Origin: Bacteroidia bacterium
Lineage (GTDB): Bacteria; Bacteroidota; Bacteroidia; M30B66
Direction: 5' to 3'
DNA: 64,000 nucleotides
Assembly: GCA_965279035.1 (NCBI GenBank)
Contig: OZ257142.1
Coordinates: forward strand, 1,248,001-1,312,000
In this document: in pieces, positions 42,194 through 52,500 of the stretch
Position numbering within the stretch: position 1 is the first letter of the stretch
Layout: the number at the start of each line of letters is the position of its first letter
Made by a program: the position numbers and the translations under genes
Notes under the pieces: model-generated
Databases searched by the model: none
Seen by the model: only the letters and a program-made list of their open reading frames with translations
What the model was told of the DNA's origin: nothing

Positions 42194-42201
42194 CAAAATT
42201 A
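42194..42201 (-). promoter_or_regulatory. -7 promoter element (TAATTTTG) of pckA
   Basis: Exact TAnnTTTG on the minus strand upstream of the ATG. Confidence 0.55.
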
Positions 42202-42266
42202 AAACAAATTCCGGTTTTGCTTACAATTCTAAGAGCTTAGATTTATATAAATGAATTGAATGCGTT

Positions 42267-42764
42267 TTATCTCCTTCTTTTATTACAAATAGCATTTTCA
42301 GTTGAATGTACCATTGAGCTTTTTCTTAGAATAGTATTGGAATTATTCTTGAAAGTTTCGATTTCTTTCTCCTTGAGATTGAATAATTGGATGCAAAAGT
42401 CAACCTCGCCCTCTCTTCCCCATGGTACTCTTTCATAACTAAATGAATTACTGTAGTTTTCTTTATTTTCATTTAAAAAGTTAATATATTCTTTCAATAT
42501 GGTTCGGTCAATTCCTGATCCTATGCTATAAAATGAAACTACCAAATCATATTTCATTGTATCCGATTTTATCTCATTTTGCTTTTTATTTTCATTAACA
42601 ATTTCAGATAAATTCACTGATGAAATAGTAGTATCAATATTTATTTTTTCTGAAGTTTCAATTTTACCTGAATCCCCTTTATTCAAAGTAGCTTTTTCAG
42701 CATGTTTGCATGAACAAAATACAAGTTGAGATATAATAAAAAATAGAACGATGGAATTTTTCAT
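42267..42764 (-). CDS. Hypothetical lipoprotein
   Basis: Lipobox-like FCSC; C-domain VSFYSIGSGID...WGREGEVDFC; TAGATTTG upstream (42783-42790). Confidence 0.75.
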   Translation of the reverse strand: MKNSIVLFFIISQLVFCSCKHAEKATLNKGDSGKIETSEKINIDTTISSVNLSEIVNENKKQNEIKSDTMKYDLVVSFYSIGSGIDRTILKEYINFLNENKENYSNSFSYERVPWGREGEVDFCIQLFNLKEKEIETFKNNSNTILRKSSMVHSTENAICNKRRR

Positions 42765-42863
42765 GATAAAATATTATAGAAGCAAATCTATGGTTTTGTG
42801 GACAAAAATTTTATTCTTTAAAAGCTTTAACGATAAGCTTAGCAATTAATTTTAATAATTAAT

Positions 42864-43259
42864 CTAGATCGATTTTATTTTATTCCCTTTCAGAAAAACC
42901 AATAACCAAGCTGAAATGAGCAAAATACCTCCAATAGGAGTTAAAGGCCATAAATAACTAAAGATACTGATATCTAATAATTTGTTAAAAGTCAATAGGT
43001 AAATTGAAAAACTAAAACAGATAATGCCATAAATTATTAATAAGGATGCTTGTCTTTTCAATTTTTCATTTATTGACATTTCTGAAATTGCTAACAAGGC
43101 TATCGAATGTATTAGCTCTAGTTCTCCTGCTACTTTTAATGAATTTAATGATTTTAGAGGCAGTTTATCTTCAAGATAATGAGAGGCTAATGCTAATATG
43201 ACCACTGAAATTACTCCAAAAAAACCAGCAATTCTATAAATTGAAAATAGTGATTTCAT
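42864..43259 (-). CDS. DUF423 (YgdD/TMEM256) membrane protein
   Basis: LASH, HSIALL, FSFSIYLL, LTPIGG. Confidence 0.82.
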   Translation of the reverse strand: MKSLFSIYRIAGFFGVISVVILALASHYLEDKLPLKSLNSLKVAGELELIHSIALLAISEMSINEKLKRQASLLIIYGIICFSFSIYLLTFNKLLDISIFSYLWPLTPIGGILLISAWLLVFLKGNKIKSI

Positions 43260-43268
43260 TTATTAACT

Positions 43269-43652
43269 CTAACTTAAATATGAAGTGACAGTAATTTCAA
43301 CATTCACATTTTTAGGTAAACCTGCAACCTGAATAGTTTCTCTAGCAGGAAAATCATCATTGAAATAGCTTGCATAAACTTCATTTACCCGAGAAAAATT
43401 GTTCATATCAGTTAGAAATATTGACGTTTTAACTATAGTGTCAAATGAGACACCTGCTTGGGCTAAAATTGATCGAATATTTTCCATGACTTGTCTTGTT
43501 TCTGCTTCAATAGTATTCATTACAAGTTCTCCTGTTACTGGATGAATTGCGATTTGCCCACTAATGAACAAGAAATTTCCAGCTTTTACAGCTTGGCTAT
43601 ATGGTCCTATTGGAGCAGGAGCTTGATCTGATCGAACAATTTGTTTTTTCAT
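43269..43652 (-). CDS. ridA: RidA family reactive-intermediate deaminase
   Basis: APAPIGPYSQA, ISGQI, PARE, LPK..VEI. Confidence 0.93.
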   Translation of the reverse strand: MKKQIVRSDQAPAPIGPYSQAVKAGNFLFISGQIAIHPVTGELVMNTIEAETRQVMENIRSILAQAGVSFDTIVKTSIFLTDMNNFSRVNEVYASYFNDDFPARETIQVAGLPKNVNVEITVTSYLS

Positions 43653-43760
43653 ATTATTTTCTTTTAAACTTCAAACCGAAATTAAATTAGACTTTGCTTT
43701 AGATTTTTCTAATTTGTTGACAGTCTTTTAATTGAAACTATTTATGCAAGTATATATTTG

Positions 43761-43791
43761 AAAAAGGAATGTTCAAAATTCCATTTTGAAC
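43761..43791 (-). terminator. Possible terminator after yidC
   Basis: GTTCAAAAT / ATTTTGAAC stem; minus-strand ATTCCTTTTT follows. Confidence 0.45.
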
Positions 43792-43799
43792 TTATTAAA

Positions 43800-45665
43800 T
43801 TATTTTTGAGATGGTTTGATCCCTTTGGATTTTGCCATTTCTTCAAGTTTTTGCTGAAAGGAAGAAGCCTTTGCTTTTTTAGGCTTCATCTTATTTTCTT
43901 GGATTTTTGCATGAATCTTTGAATCATCTACAAGTTTTCTGAATGCAAATTGTTGGGCAAATGTGATAATGTTGGCCAAGAAATAATAATAATTCAATCC
44001 AGCTGCATAGCTATTTAATACAAATAAGAATATTACTGGCATCAAATACATCATCCATTTTAATTGTGGCATCATTTGCGAACTGCCAGCTGATAATTGA
44101 TTGTTCATTCTCGTATATATAATAGTAGAAACAGTCATCATCAAAGCAAATAAACTTATATGATTTCCATAGAATGGTATTGTAAATGGTAGATTTACAA
44201 TTGAATCATAAGTTGATAAGTCATCTGCCCATAAAAAACCTTCTTGTCTTAATTCAATTGCATTTGGGAAAAAATTAAATAGAGCAAATAGTATGGGTAT
44301 TTGAAACAACATAGGTAAACATCCTCCCAATGGATTTACACCCGCACTCCTATATAGTTCCATAACTGCTTGCTGCTTCTTAATTGGATCATCTTCCTTA
44401 TATTTCTCATTAAGTTCATCCATTTCTGGTTTAAGAACTCTCATTTTAGCTTGAGACATATATGATTTAAATTGGAAGGCCAAAAGCAAAATTTTAATAT
44501 AGAGTGTAAGTAGTAAAATTACAAGTCCGTAACCAAGGTTAAATTGTCCTAAGAAATTGAATGCTGGTATGACAATTAGTTTATTTACCCAGCCAAAAAT
44601 ACCCCATCCTAATGGAATTTGTTTTTGTAAATCATTTCCAGCTTTTTGCAATGTTGCATAATGCGTTGGTCCAAAATACCATGAGTAATTTAAGCTGTTG
44701 TTAACTTTTGATGAAGTTGAAACATTAAATTTAGCACTCATGTATTTAGTGGTTGAGTCTGATCCTGAGTTTATTGTTTCAATAATAGCACCAGATTGAA
44801 TAGGTTTTTCAGGTATAAAAACTGAAGTGAAAAACTGTTGTTTAAAACCAATCCATTGTAATCCTTTATCAGAAGTATATTTTTCAATTGTAAGCGGGTT
44901 TATTTTATCAACTTCATTCTCTATATTATCATAGTAAATTGTTGTATTATTCCTTTCATTTGAAAGATTTTTTTCTTGCCTAGGGGCTAATTGATTCCAA
45001 TTAATAGTAAGTGATTCATTATTGACAATATTTTCAAAAAAGATTGTGTTATGAACCTTATAATCATTACCAAAAAAGGTGAATTTAAAGTTAACAGATT
45101 CTCCTGTTAAACTTTTTGAAGTCAATATAAAACTGATAGAATCTTTGCCCGAAATGACATAACTACTTTGATTACTATTATTAATGAAAAATAGGTCTGA
45201 AGTAGATAATGTTAAATTTTGATTTCTAAAATCTATAGAAAATAATGAGGAATCTGAACTTAATAATTTGAGTGGTTTATGATCCCAAGTTTTGTATTTC
45301 TTTAATGTGATTTGATCAATAATAGCTCCTTTAGGATTAATATTTACTTGAAACAGGTCTGTTTCTACGGTTATATCTTTCGAATTGTTTGGTAAAGTTG
45401 CATTTGCGAAATTTCCAAAGTTTTGATTTCTTATATTATTTTGAATCGAATCATTTTGTAATGTATCCGATTGAGATTTTATTATGTTGGAATCCTGATT
45501 TTTTTTAATTTCATTTTTTGATTCTACAATTTTAGAAAGACTGTCATTCTTGGATTGTTCAATTTTTGCTTTTTCTAATGCCTCTCTATCCGGCTTATTA
45601 TAAATAGTAAAGCCTATCATGATAGCTCCTATAAGTAATAGTCCGATTATTGAATTCTTATCCAT
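43800..45665 (-). CDS. yidC: Membrane protein insertase YidC
   Basis: MDKNSIIG, FKQQFF, YFGP, LGWGIFGWVN, GVNPLGGCLP, FLWADDLS; start moved to ATG 45665. Confidence 0.96.
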   Translation of the reverse strand: MDKNSIIGLLLIGAIMIGFTIYNKPDREALEKAKIEQSKNDSLSKIVESKNEIKKNQDSNIIKSQSDTLQNDSIQNNIRNQNFGNFANATLPNNSKDITVETDLFQVNINPKGAIIDQITLKKYKTWDHKPLKLLSSDSSLFSIDFRNQNLTLSTSDLFFINNSNQSSYVISGKDSISFILTSKSLTGESVNFKFTFFGNDYKVHNTIFFENIVNNESLTINWNQLAPRQEKNLSNERNNTTIYYDNIENEVDKINPLTIEKYTSDKGLQWIGFKQQFFTSVFIPEKPIQSGAIIETINSGSDSTTKYMSAKFNVSTSSKVNNSLNYSWYFGPTHYATLQKAGNDLQKQIPLGWGIFGWVNKLIVIPAFNFLGQFNLGYGLVILLLTLYIKILLLAFQFKSYMSQAKMRVLKPEMDELNEKYKEDDPIKKQQAVMELYRSAGVNPLGGCLPMLFQIPILFALFNFFPNAIELRQEGFLWADDLSTYDSIVNLPFTIPFYGNHISLFALMMTVSTIIYTRMNNQLSAGSSQMMPQLKWMMYLMPVIFLFVLNSYAAGLNYYYFLANIITFAQQFAFRKLVDDSKIHAKIQENKMKPKKAKASSFQQKLEEMAKSKGIKPSQK

Positions 45666-45686
45666 GATTTTTTTATTTTGGGAGTG

Positions 45687-45694
45687 CAAAGATA
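45687..45694 (-). promoter_or_regulatory. -7 promoter element (TATCTTTG) of yidC
   Basis: Exact TAnnTTTG; contains the ORF track's TTG start. Confidence 0.65.
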
Positions 45695-45980
45695 GAGTTA
45701 TTCACTATTCTCTGTTATGATTCATTTCCTACATTATAATAGACATTCAAATCTTAATCTACTATTTTGTTGATGATCACGTTTTTACATACATTTATGT
45801 AAGAGATCACTTGAAAAAGCATAAATATTTTCAAGAATTAATATGAACTGCTTAATTTATAAGGGGTTTCTAGTGAAATCTTTTTTACCGAAAGATTTTT
45901 TTCTCTGCAAGAATTAGATATTTTTGCTCGGGTTACATAGTGTAATCTTTTTTCAGCCAAATCAAAATCAAAACAATTTT

Positions 45981-46508
45981 ATGAAACAGTGCTTACGCGT
46001 TCAGCTTTTACTGGTTTTCAGTCTAATGCTGATTCCTCTTGCCAGCTTTTCTCAAAGCTCTGCCAAAAGAGGCACCACACCAATCCCTTATCCCAAACTT
46101 AAGTCAACTGGCAATTCTGAGGCGGATATTAAAAATCATGCAAAGGCAGTTGAAGTTTGGAAAGAAATGGAGCGTAAACGATTGGAATATTTGCGTACAA
46201 ATCAACCTGATGCTTCCAATACTTCGTCTAAACCAAGTAAAGAATCTTCAGAACGCATTTTAGCAAAGAATCAAGGAATTGTTTCACAGTCTGAGAATAG
46301 TCATAATCAAAGAGCTTTAACAATTCTTGATCTTCCAGGATATCCTAAATACATTACAACAGGAAATCCTCAACTTGATGAAAAGAATTATCAAATTGCC
46401 AAAGCTAAATGGATGGAAGAACATTCTGACTTGTACAAACAATATGTTCAACAACATTCAGGTCATTCTGGAAAATTAAAACGAACAACAATTCAATCGG
46501 GTAAATAA
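45981..46508 (+). CDS. Small basic exported protein with a duplicated YPKxxxTGN motif
   Basis: Signal peptide MKQCLRVQLLLVFSLMLIPLASFSQ; two ~30 aa repeats; start moved to ATG 45981. Confidence 0.8.
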   Translation: MKQCLRVQLLLVFSLMLIPLASFSQSSAKRGTTPIPYPKLKSTGNSEADIKNHAKAVEVWKEMERKRLEYLRTNQPDASNTSSKPSKESSERILAKNQGIVSQSENSHNQRALTILDLPGYPKYITTGNPQLDEKNYQIAKAKWMEEHSDLYKQYVQQHSGHSGKLKRTTIQSGK

Positions 46509-46550
46509 TTTTCACGGACATACATATATATGTATCAAGAACGAGAGACA

Positions 46551-49500
46551 ATGAAAAAACTATACTCCATTTTTATCACACTGCTTCTTTTGACTTTTGC
46601 GTCAAATAGTTTAAAAGCACAATGTCCTTACGATAATAATTTCTACACTACACTTAGTGCTCCTTCTGTAATAGGTGCTTCTGTTGGTGGCGGAGATTGT
46701 ATCTATGCTGGTGAATATTACAGAATTTCTGGACTTCAGGCTGGAAGTACATATCGAATATCCACTTGTAATACTACTGACGTAGCAGATACTCGTGTTA
46801 CTGTTTATGCCGAAGGTGGTGTAGGTGCTGCATTAACATTTAATGATGATTTTTGTGGACTACTCTCTAGAGTTGATTTTACTCCATCAGTTTCTGGAAA
46901 TTATGATGTACTTGTAGATGCAACTGGTTCAGGTAATACATGCGTTAGTATTAATGAATGTGTAGAATTAACAGTTACACTTATTGGAACTTCTGGATCT
47001 GTTTCATATTGTATTCCTTCTTATACTGTGGGAACTTCAAACGGAGACTTTATAAATGGTGTTAGTCTTGGTTTAATTAATAATCAAAATTCTGGATCAG
47101 CTTCTGGTCCTGCTTATCATGATTATACAAATTTGGCAACGAGTTTAAATTCATCATCTTCATATACTCTTGCAGTAAAAAATAATCCTGATTTCTCTGA
47201 AATTGTTTCTGCATGGATTGATTATAATCAAGATTTTGAATTTTCTGAAGATGAAAGATTAGGTCAAGTTTCCATTGCGGCAAATGGCACTGGAAATATT
47301 AATTTCACAACAGCATCAAATCCATTGGCTGGACCAACTCGTATGCGAGTTAGAATGGTTTTTTCTGTTCCAGTTTCTGGCGGCTCTGTTTCTCCTTGTT
47401 TATCATCTCAATTTGGTGAAACCGAAGACTATACTGTAAATTTCTCATCAGACCCTCCAGGGCCACCTTCAGCATTAACATTTTCAACTGCTTGTGGTTT
47501 ATCCACTTCAATTCAAGACAACGCCTGTCCTAATAATACATTATCAACAGTTACTGTATCTGGCTTAACTAGTTTAGGTACTGGTCATATTTTGACTTCT
47601 GCTGCTATAATTATTGAGCATCCAATGGCTGCTGATCTTGATATTTATCTTGAGTCTCCAACTGGTGAGATTGTAGAATTATCAACTGATAATGGAGGTT
47701 CAGGTTCTGATTACGGACAATATACAATTGGTAATTGTTCGCAAACAGCTAAGTTCATTATGTCTGCTTCTACTCCTGTTTCAGGAAGCAGCGCACCATT
47801 TATTGGGTCATACATTCCAGAAGGAGATTTGAATAATTTTAATGCTGGGGTAAATCCTAATGGATTGTGGAAGCTTCGTGTTTGTGATGATTTTTCTGGT
47901 GACATTGGAACAATTCGATATTTTGAATTGAATTTTGACCTAAATGCAACAGAACCACCTGCATGTGCAGATTCCTACACAATCATTGATGGTTCATCTA
48001 ACGTTGAATTGAATCAAATTCTAAGTTGGACCGCAGGAAGTGGTAATCCAACTTCTTACGATGTATACTTCGGAACAGCAGTTGATGCCTTGGTTCTTGT
48101 TTCTAATAATCAATCGGGAACTAGTTTTGATCCAGGAGCTTATAATCCCAATACAACATATTATTATCAAGTTATTCCATCTAATAATGCTGGGGATGCA
48201 ACTGGATGTCCAGTCGTTTCTTTTACAACTGTTGATGCTGGTGCAACTACTATTCTTCAAAGTAATGGTAGTGTAACAACATGTGCAGGGAATTTCTTTG
48301 ATTCAGGTGGTGTAAATGGAAACTATGATAATAACGAGTTCTCCATGTTAACCATTTATCCTGAAACACCAGGATCAGCAATTGAAGTAGATTTTACATC
48401 TTTTGACTTAGATGCATCATTCGATTTCTTAGCAATTGCAGATGGAATTGATGGAAATGCTCCTGTAATAGGCTTATACTCAGGCAATACATCTCCTGGT
48501 ACTGTTACTGCGACAAATCCTGATGGAGCATTAACTTTCTTATTCTCTTCAGATGATATTGGAACTTTTGATGGTTGGGTTGCAACTGTTAATTGCGTTC
48601 CTCTTCAAGCTTTACCTGAATGTTCTGTCAATAACTTACCTTCAGATGGATCGGTAGATCAATCGATAACTTCTCAACTCTCATGGGATGCTGTTTCTGG
48701 AGCAACAGGATATGATGTATATTTTGGTACTGATGCAAATCCAGTTTTAGTTGCTTCTGGTATTACTGAAATTACCTATGATCCAGGTGTCCTTTTAAAT
48801 CAAACAATCTATTACTATAAGATTGTACCTGTGAATTTAAATGGTTCTGCAGTATCATGTTCGACTTACAGCTTTTCAACTGTAAATGCTCCGGGGAATA
48901 TTATTTTGATGCAAGAAGGAACTGTATCTACTTGTGATGCTCAATTCTTTGATAGCGGAAATAGTACAAGTAATTACAGTAATGATGAAAATACAACTCT
49001 AACTATTAGTCCATCAACTGCCAATAGTGTTGTTGAAGTTGTATTTAATTCATTTGCATCAGAACAGGATTTAGACAACTTGTTAATTTACAATGGTTCT
49101 AATACAAGTGGTACACTACTTCAAACATTAACAGGTACTATTTCTGGGCCTGTCACTGTAACATCAACTTCTTCTGATGGAGCATTAACATTTGTTTTCT
49201 CTTCAGATTTTCAAGTAAATAATGCTGGTTGGGATGCTACAATTTCATGTATCGCTTTACCTGATGCTCCAACTTGCGTTATTCCTAGTTCACCAGTTAA
49301 TTTAGCTAGTGATGTTGCTTTAGATGCTACTTTAAGTTGGACACAAGGTGTAGGAGAAACTCCTGATTCATATGATGTTTACTTTGGAACAGCTTCTGAT
49401 GCTCTAGTATTAGTTTCTGACAACCAAGTTGGTACAAGTTATTCACCAGTTGGATTACTTAATAGTACTACATATTATTGGTCTGTTATTGCTAGTAATG

Positions 49501-52500
49501 CTGGTGGTTCGTCAGCAAATAATCCTTCAGATTGTTTTGTAAATAGTTTTACAACAATTGCTTTACCTACTACTCCTACATGTCCAGTTCTTTCTGGTCC
49601 TGCAGATGCATCAACTAATGTTGCCTTAGATGTAACACTTTCTTGGACTGCCGGTATAGGTGCACCAACAGAATCTTACAATGTATATTTTGGAACAGCA
49701 GCTGATGCACTCGTACAACTTTCCTCTGGTGAAATATTTACAACATATTCACCTTCTTCATTATTAAATAACACTACATACTATTGGTCAATTACTGCAA
49801 CTAATACAGAAGGTACTTCTTCAAATTGTGATGTATACAACTTTACTACATTACCTGTTGTTCTTGAAGCACCATCTTGTGTTGTACCTTCTTCACCAAT
49901 TGATGCTGCAATTGATATAGCAATTGATGCAACCATTTCTTGGAGTGCTGGCTTAGGTGGAGCTCCAGATTCATATGATGTTTATTTCGGAACTGCAGCA
50001 GATGCATTAGTTTTAGTTTCTAATGATCAAGTTGGAACAAGCTATACTCCAACTGGAATGTTAAATGGCACTACCTATTACTGGTCTGTTATCGCAACTA
50101 ATACAGCCGGATCTTCTGCAAATATTCCTGCAGATTGTTTTGTAAATAGTTTCACTACTATCGACCAAGTTAATCCTACAGATATCATTATGCAAAATGG
50201 ATCTGTAACTGCTTGTTCAGGTAACTTCTACGATTCTGGATCTTTGGCAGATAATTATTCAGATGATGAATCTTATGTTTTAACTGTTACTCCTGATGTT
50301 TCTGGAAATTTATTACAAGTAAATTTCACAGCTTTTGATGTTGAGCAAGATTTTGATTCTCTATACGTATACGATGGTAATTCCATAGCGGCTCCATTGA
50401 TTGGAGCTTATTCAGGAACTCTAACTCCTTTTATTGTTACTTCTTCTGCAACTGATGGTTCTTTAACTTTCAAATTTACTTCAGATGCAAGTGCAAATTT
50501 TGCTGGTTGGGAAGCTGAATTGTCTTGTATAGATCCTAATGTTGCTCCTTCTTGTGCAAGTAATTTATCACCTGCAGATTTATCAACAGGAATATTTACT
50601 TCTCCAACATTAACATGGGAAAATGGCGGAGGATTAGTAACAGGTTATGATGTTTATTTTGGAACTGCTTCTGATGCATTAGTTCTTGTTTCTGATAATC
50701 AAACAGGTACTTCATTTGATCCAGGAAGCTTAGATCTGAACACTACATATTACTGGCAAATTATTCCAAGTAATGGTAGTTTAGCTGCAAGTGGATGTTC
50801 AATTAATTCTTTTACAACTTCTGCAGTTCTTCAAGTATTAATGAGTAATGCTACTGTTACAACTTGTGAAGCAGAATTTTATGATTCAGGGGCAGCTGAT
50901 AATGATTATTCTCTTGAAGAATATTCATTAATTACTTTCTTACCTGAAACTCCTAATAATGCTATTCAGGTTACTTTCAATTCATTCGATTTAGAGCAAA
51001 GTACTTTTACAGGAACTATATACGATTCTTTAATTGTATATAATGGTCCAGATGCAACCTATCCAATCATTGGTGTTTACTCTGGAACTACTATTCCTGG
51101 ACCATTTGTTTCCTCAGATCCTTCAGGAGCTCTTTCATTCCATTTCTCCTCAGATGTTTCTGTAACTAGAGCTGGTTGGGATGCAAATGTTATTTGTATT
51201 TCTACTACTGATGCACCTTCATGTGCAACTAATTTTGCACCAAGTGATTTGTCTACCGATGTTTCTGTTGCTCCAGAATTAACATGGACAAGTGGTGGAG
51301 GTATTGTTACCGGATATGATGTTTATTTTGGTACTGCTTCTGATGCTTTAGTGCTAGTTTCTTCCGCTCAAACTGCGACTTCGTTTAGTCCAGGTGCTTT
51401 AGAATTAAATACTACCTATTACTGGCAAGTTGTTCCTGCAAATGGTGCTTTAAGTGCAACTGATTGTTCTGTAAATTCATTCACTACAGAAGCTGTAGCA
51501 AATATTATTATGCAGAATAATTCACTTACAGTATGTAATGCTAATTTCTTCGATTCTGGAAATTCTACAAGTGACTATACTTCTGGAGAAAACTTCACAC
51601 TTTCATTATTGCCAGCTACACCAGGAAATGTACTGGAAGTTATCTTCTCTGAATTTGATCTTGAACAAAGTACTTTTGATGGAACTATTTATGATTCTCT
51701 CATTGTTTATGATGGACCAGATGCAACATTTCCTGTAATTGGTGTTTATTCTGGAACAACAATACCAGGTCCTTTTGTTTCGACCGATGCTTCTGGTGCT
51801 TTAACGTTCCATTTTTCTTCTGATATATCTGTTACTCATGCTGGTTGGGTTGCTTCTGTTAATTGTATTGACCCTGAAGGATTACCTAATTGCGCTGAAA
51901 ACTTTAGTCCAGCAGATGCTGCTACTGATGTTTTGGTTACTTCGACTTCACTGTCATGGACATCTGGAGGAGGTAATGTAACTGGATACGATGTTTATTT
52001 TGGAACAGACATTAGTTCACTTCCAATAGTATCTCCAAATCAAGCAGGTACAACATATTCATTGGGTACCCTTGATTTGAACACAACATATTACTGGCAA
52101 ATTGTTCCAATCAATGCGAATGGCTCTGCAACAGGTTGTTCAATTAATTCATTTACAACATCTCCAAATCTTGATGTGTTAATGACTACTGCAACAATAA
52201 CAACGTGTGCTGCTAATTTCTTTGACTCGGGAGGACCTGATAATGACTATCAAAATGGAGAAAGCTCTTTAATTACTTTCATCCCTGAAACTCCTAACAG
52301 TGCAATTCAAGTTACGTTTAATACATTCGATATTGAACAAAGTACTTTCAGTAGTACGATTTACGATTCGTTAATTGTTTATAATGGACCTGATGCTACT
52401 TATCCTATTATTGGAGTTTATTCAGGTACTACTATTCCAGGTCCTTTTGTTTCATCAGATCCATCTGGAGCCCTTTCTTTCTATTTTTCTTCTGATATAT

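Noticed and set aside
42200-45900. AT-rich stretch as a horizontally acquired island
   Set aside because: Contains core genes (yidC, ridA) with native promoter motifs; no integrase, tRNA or att-like repeats
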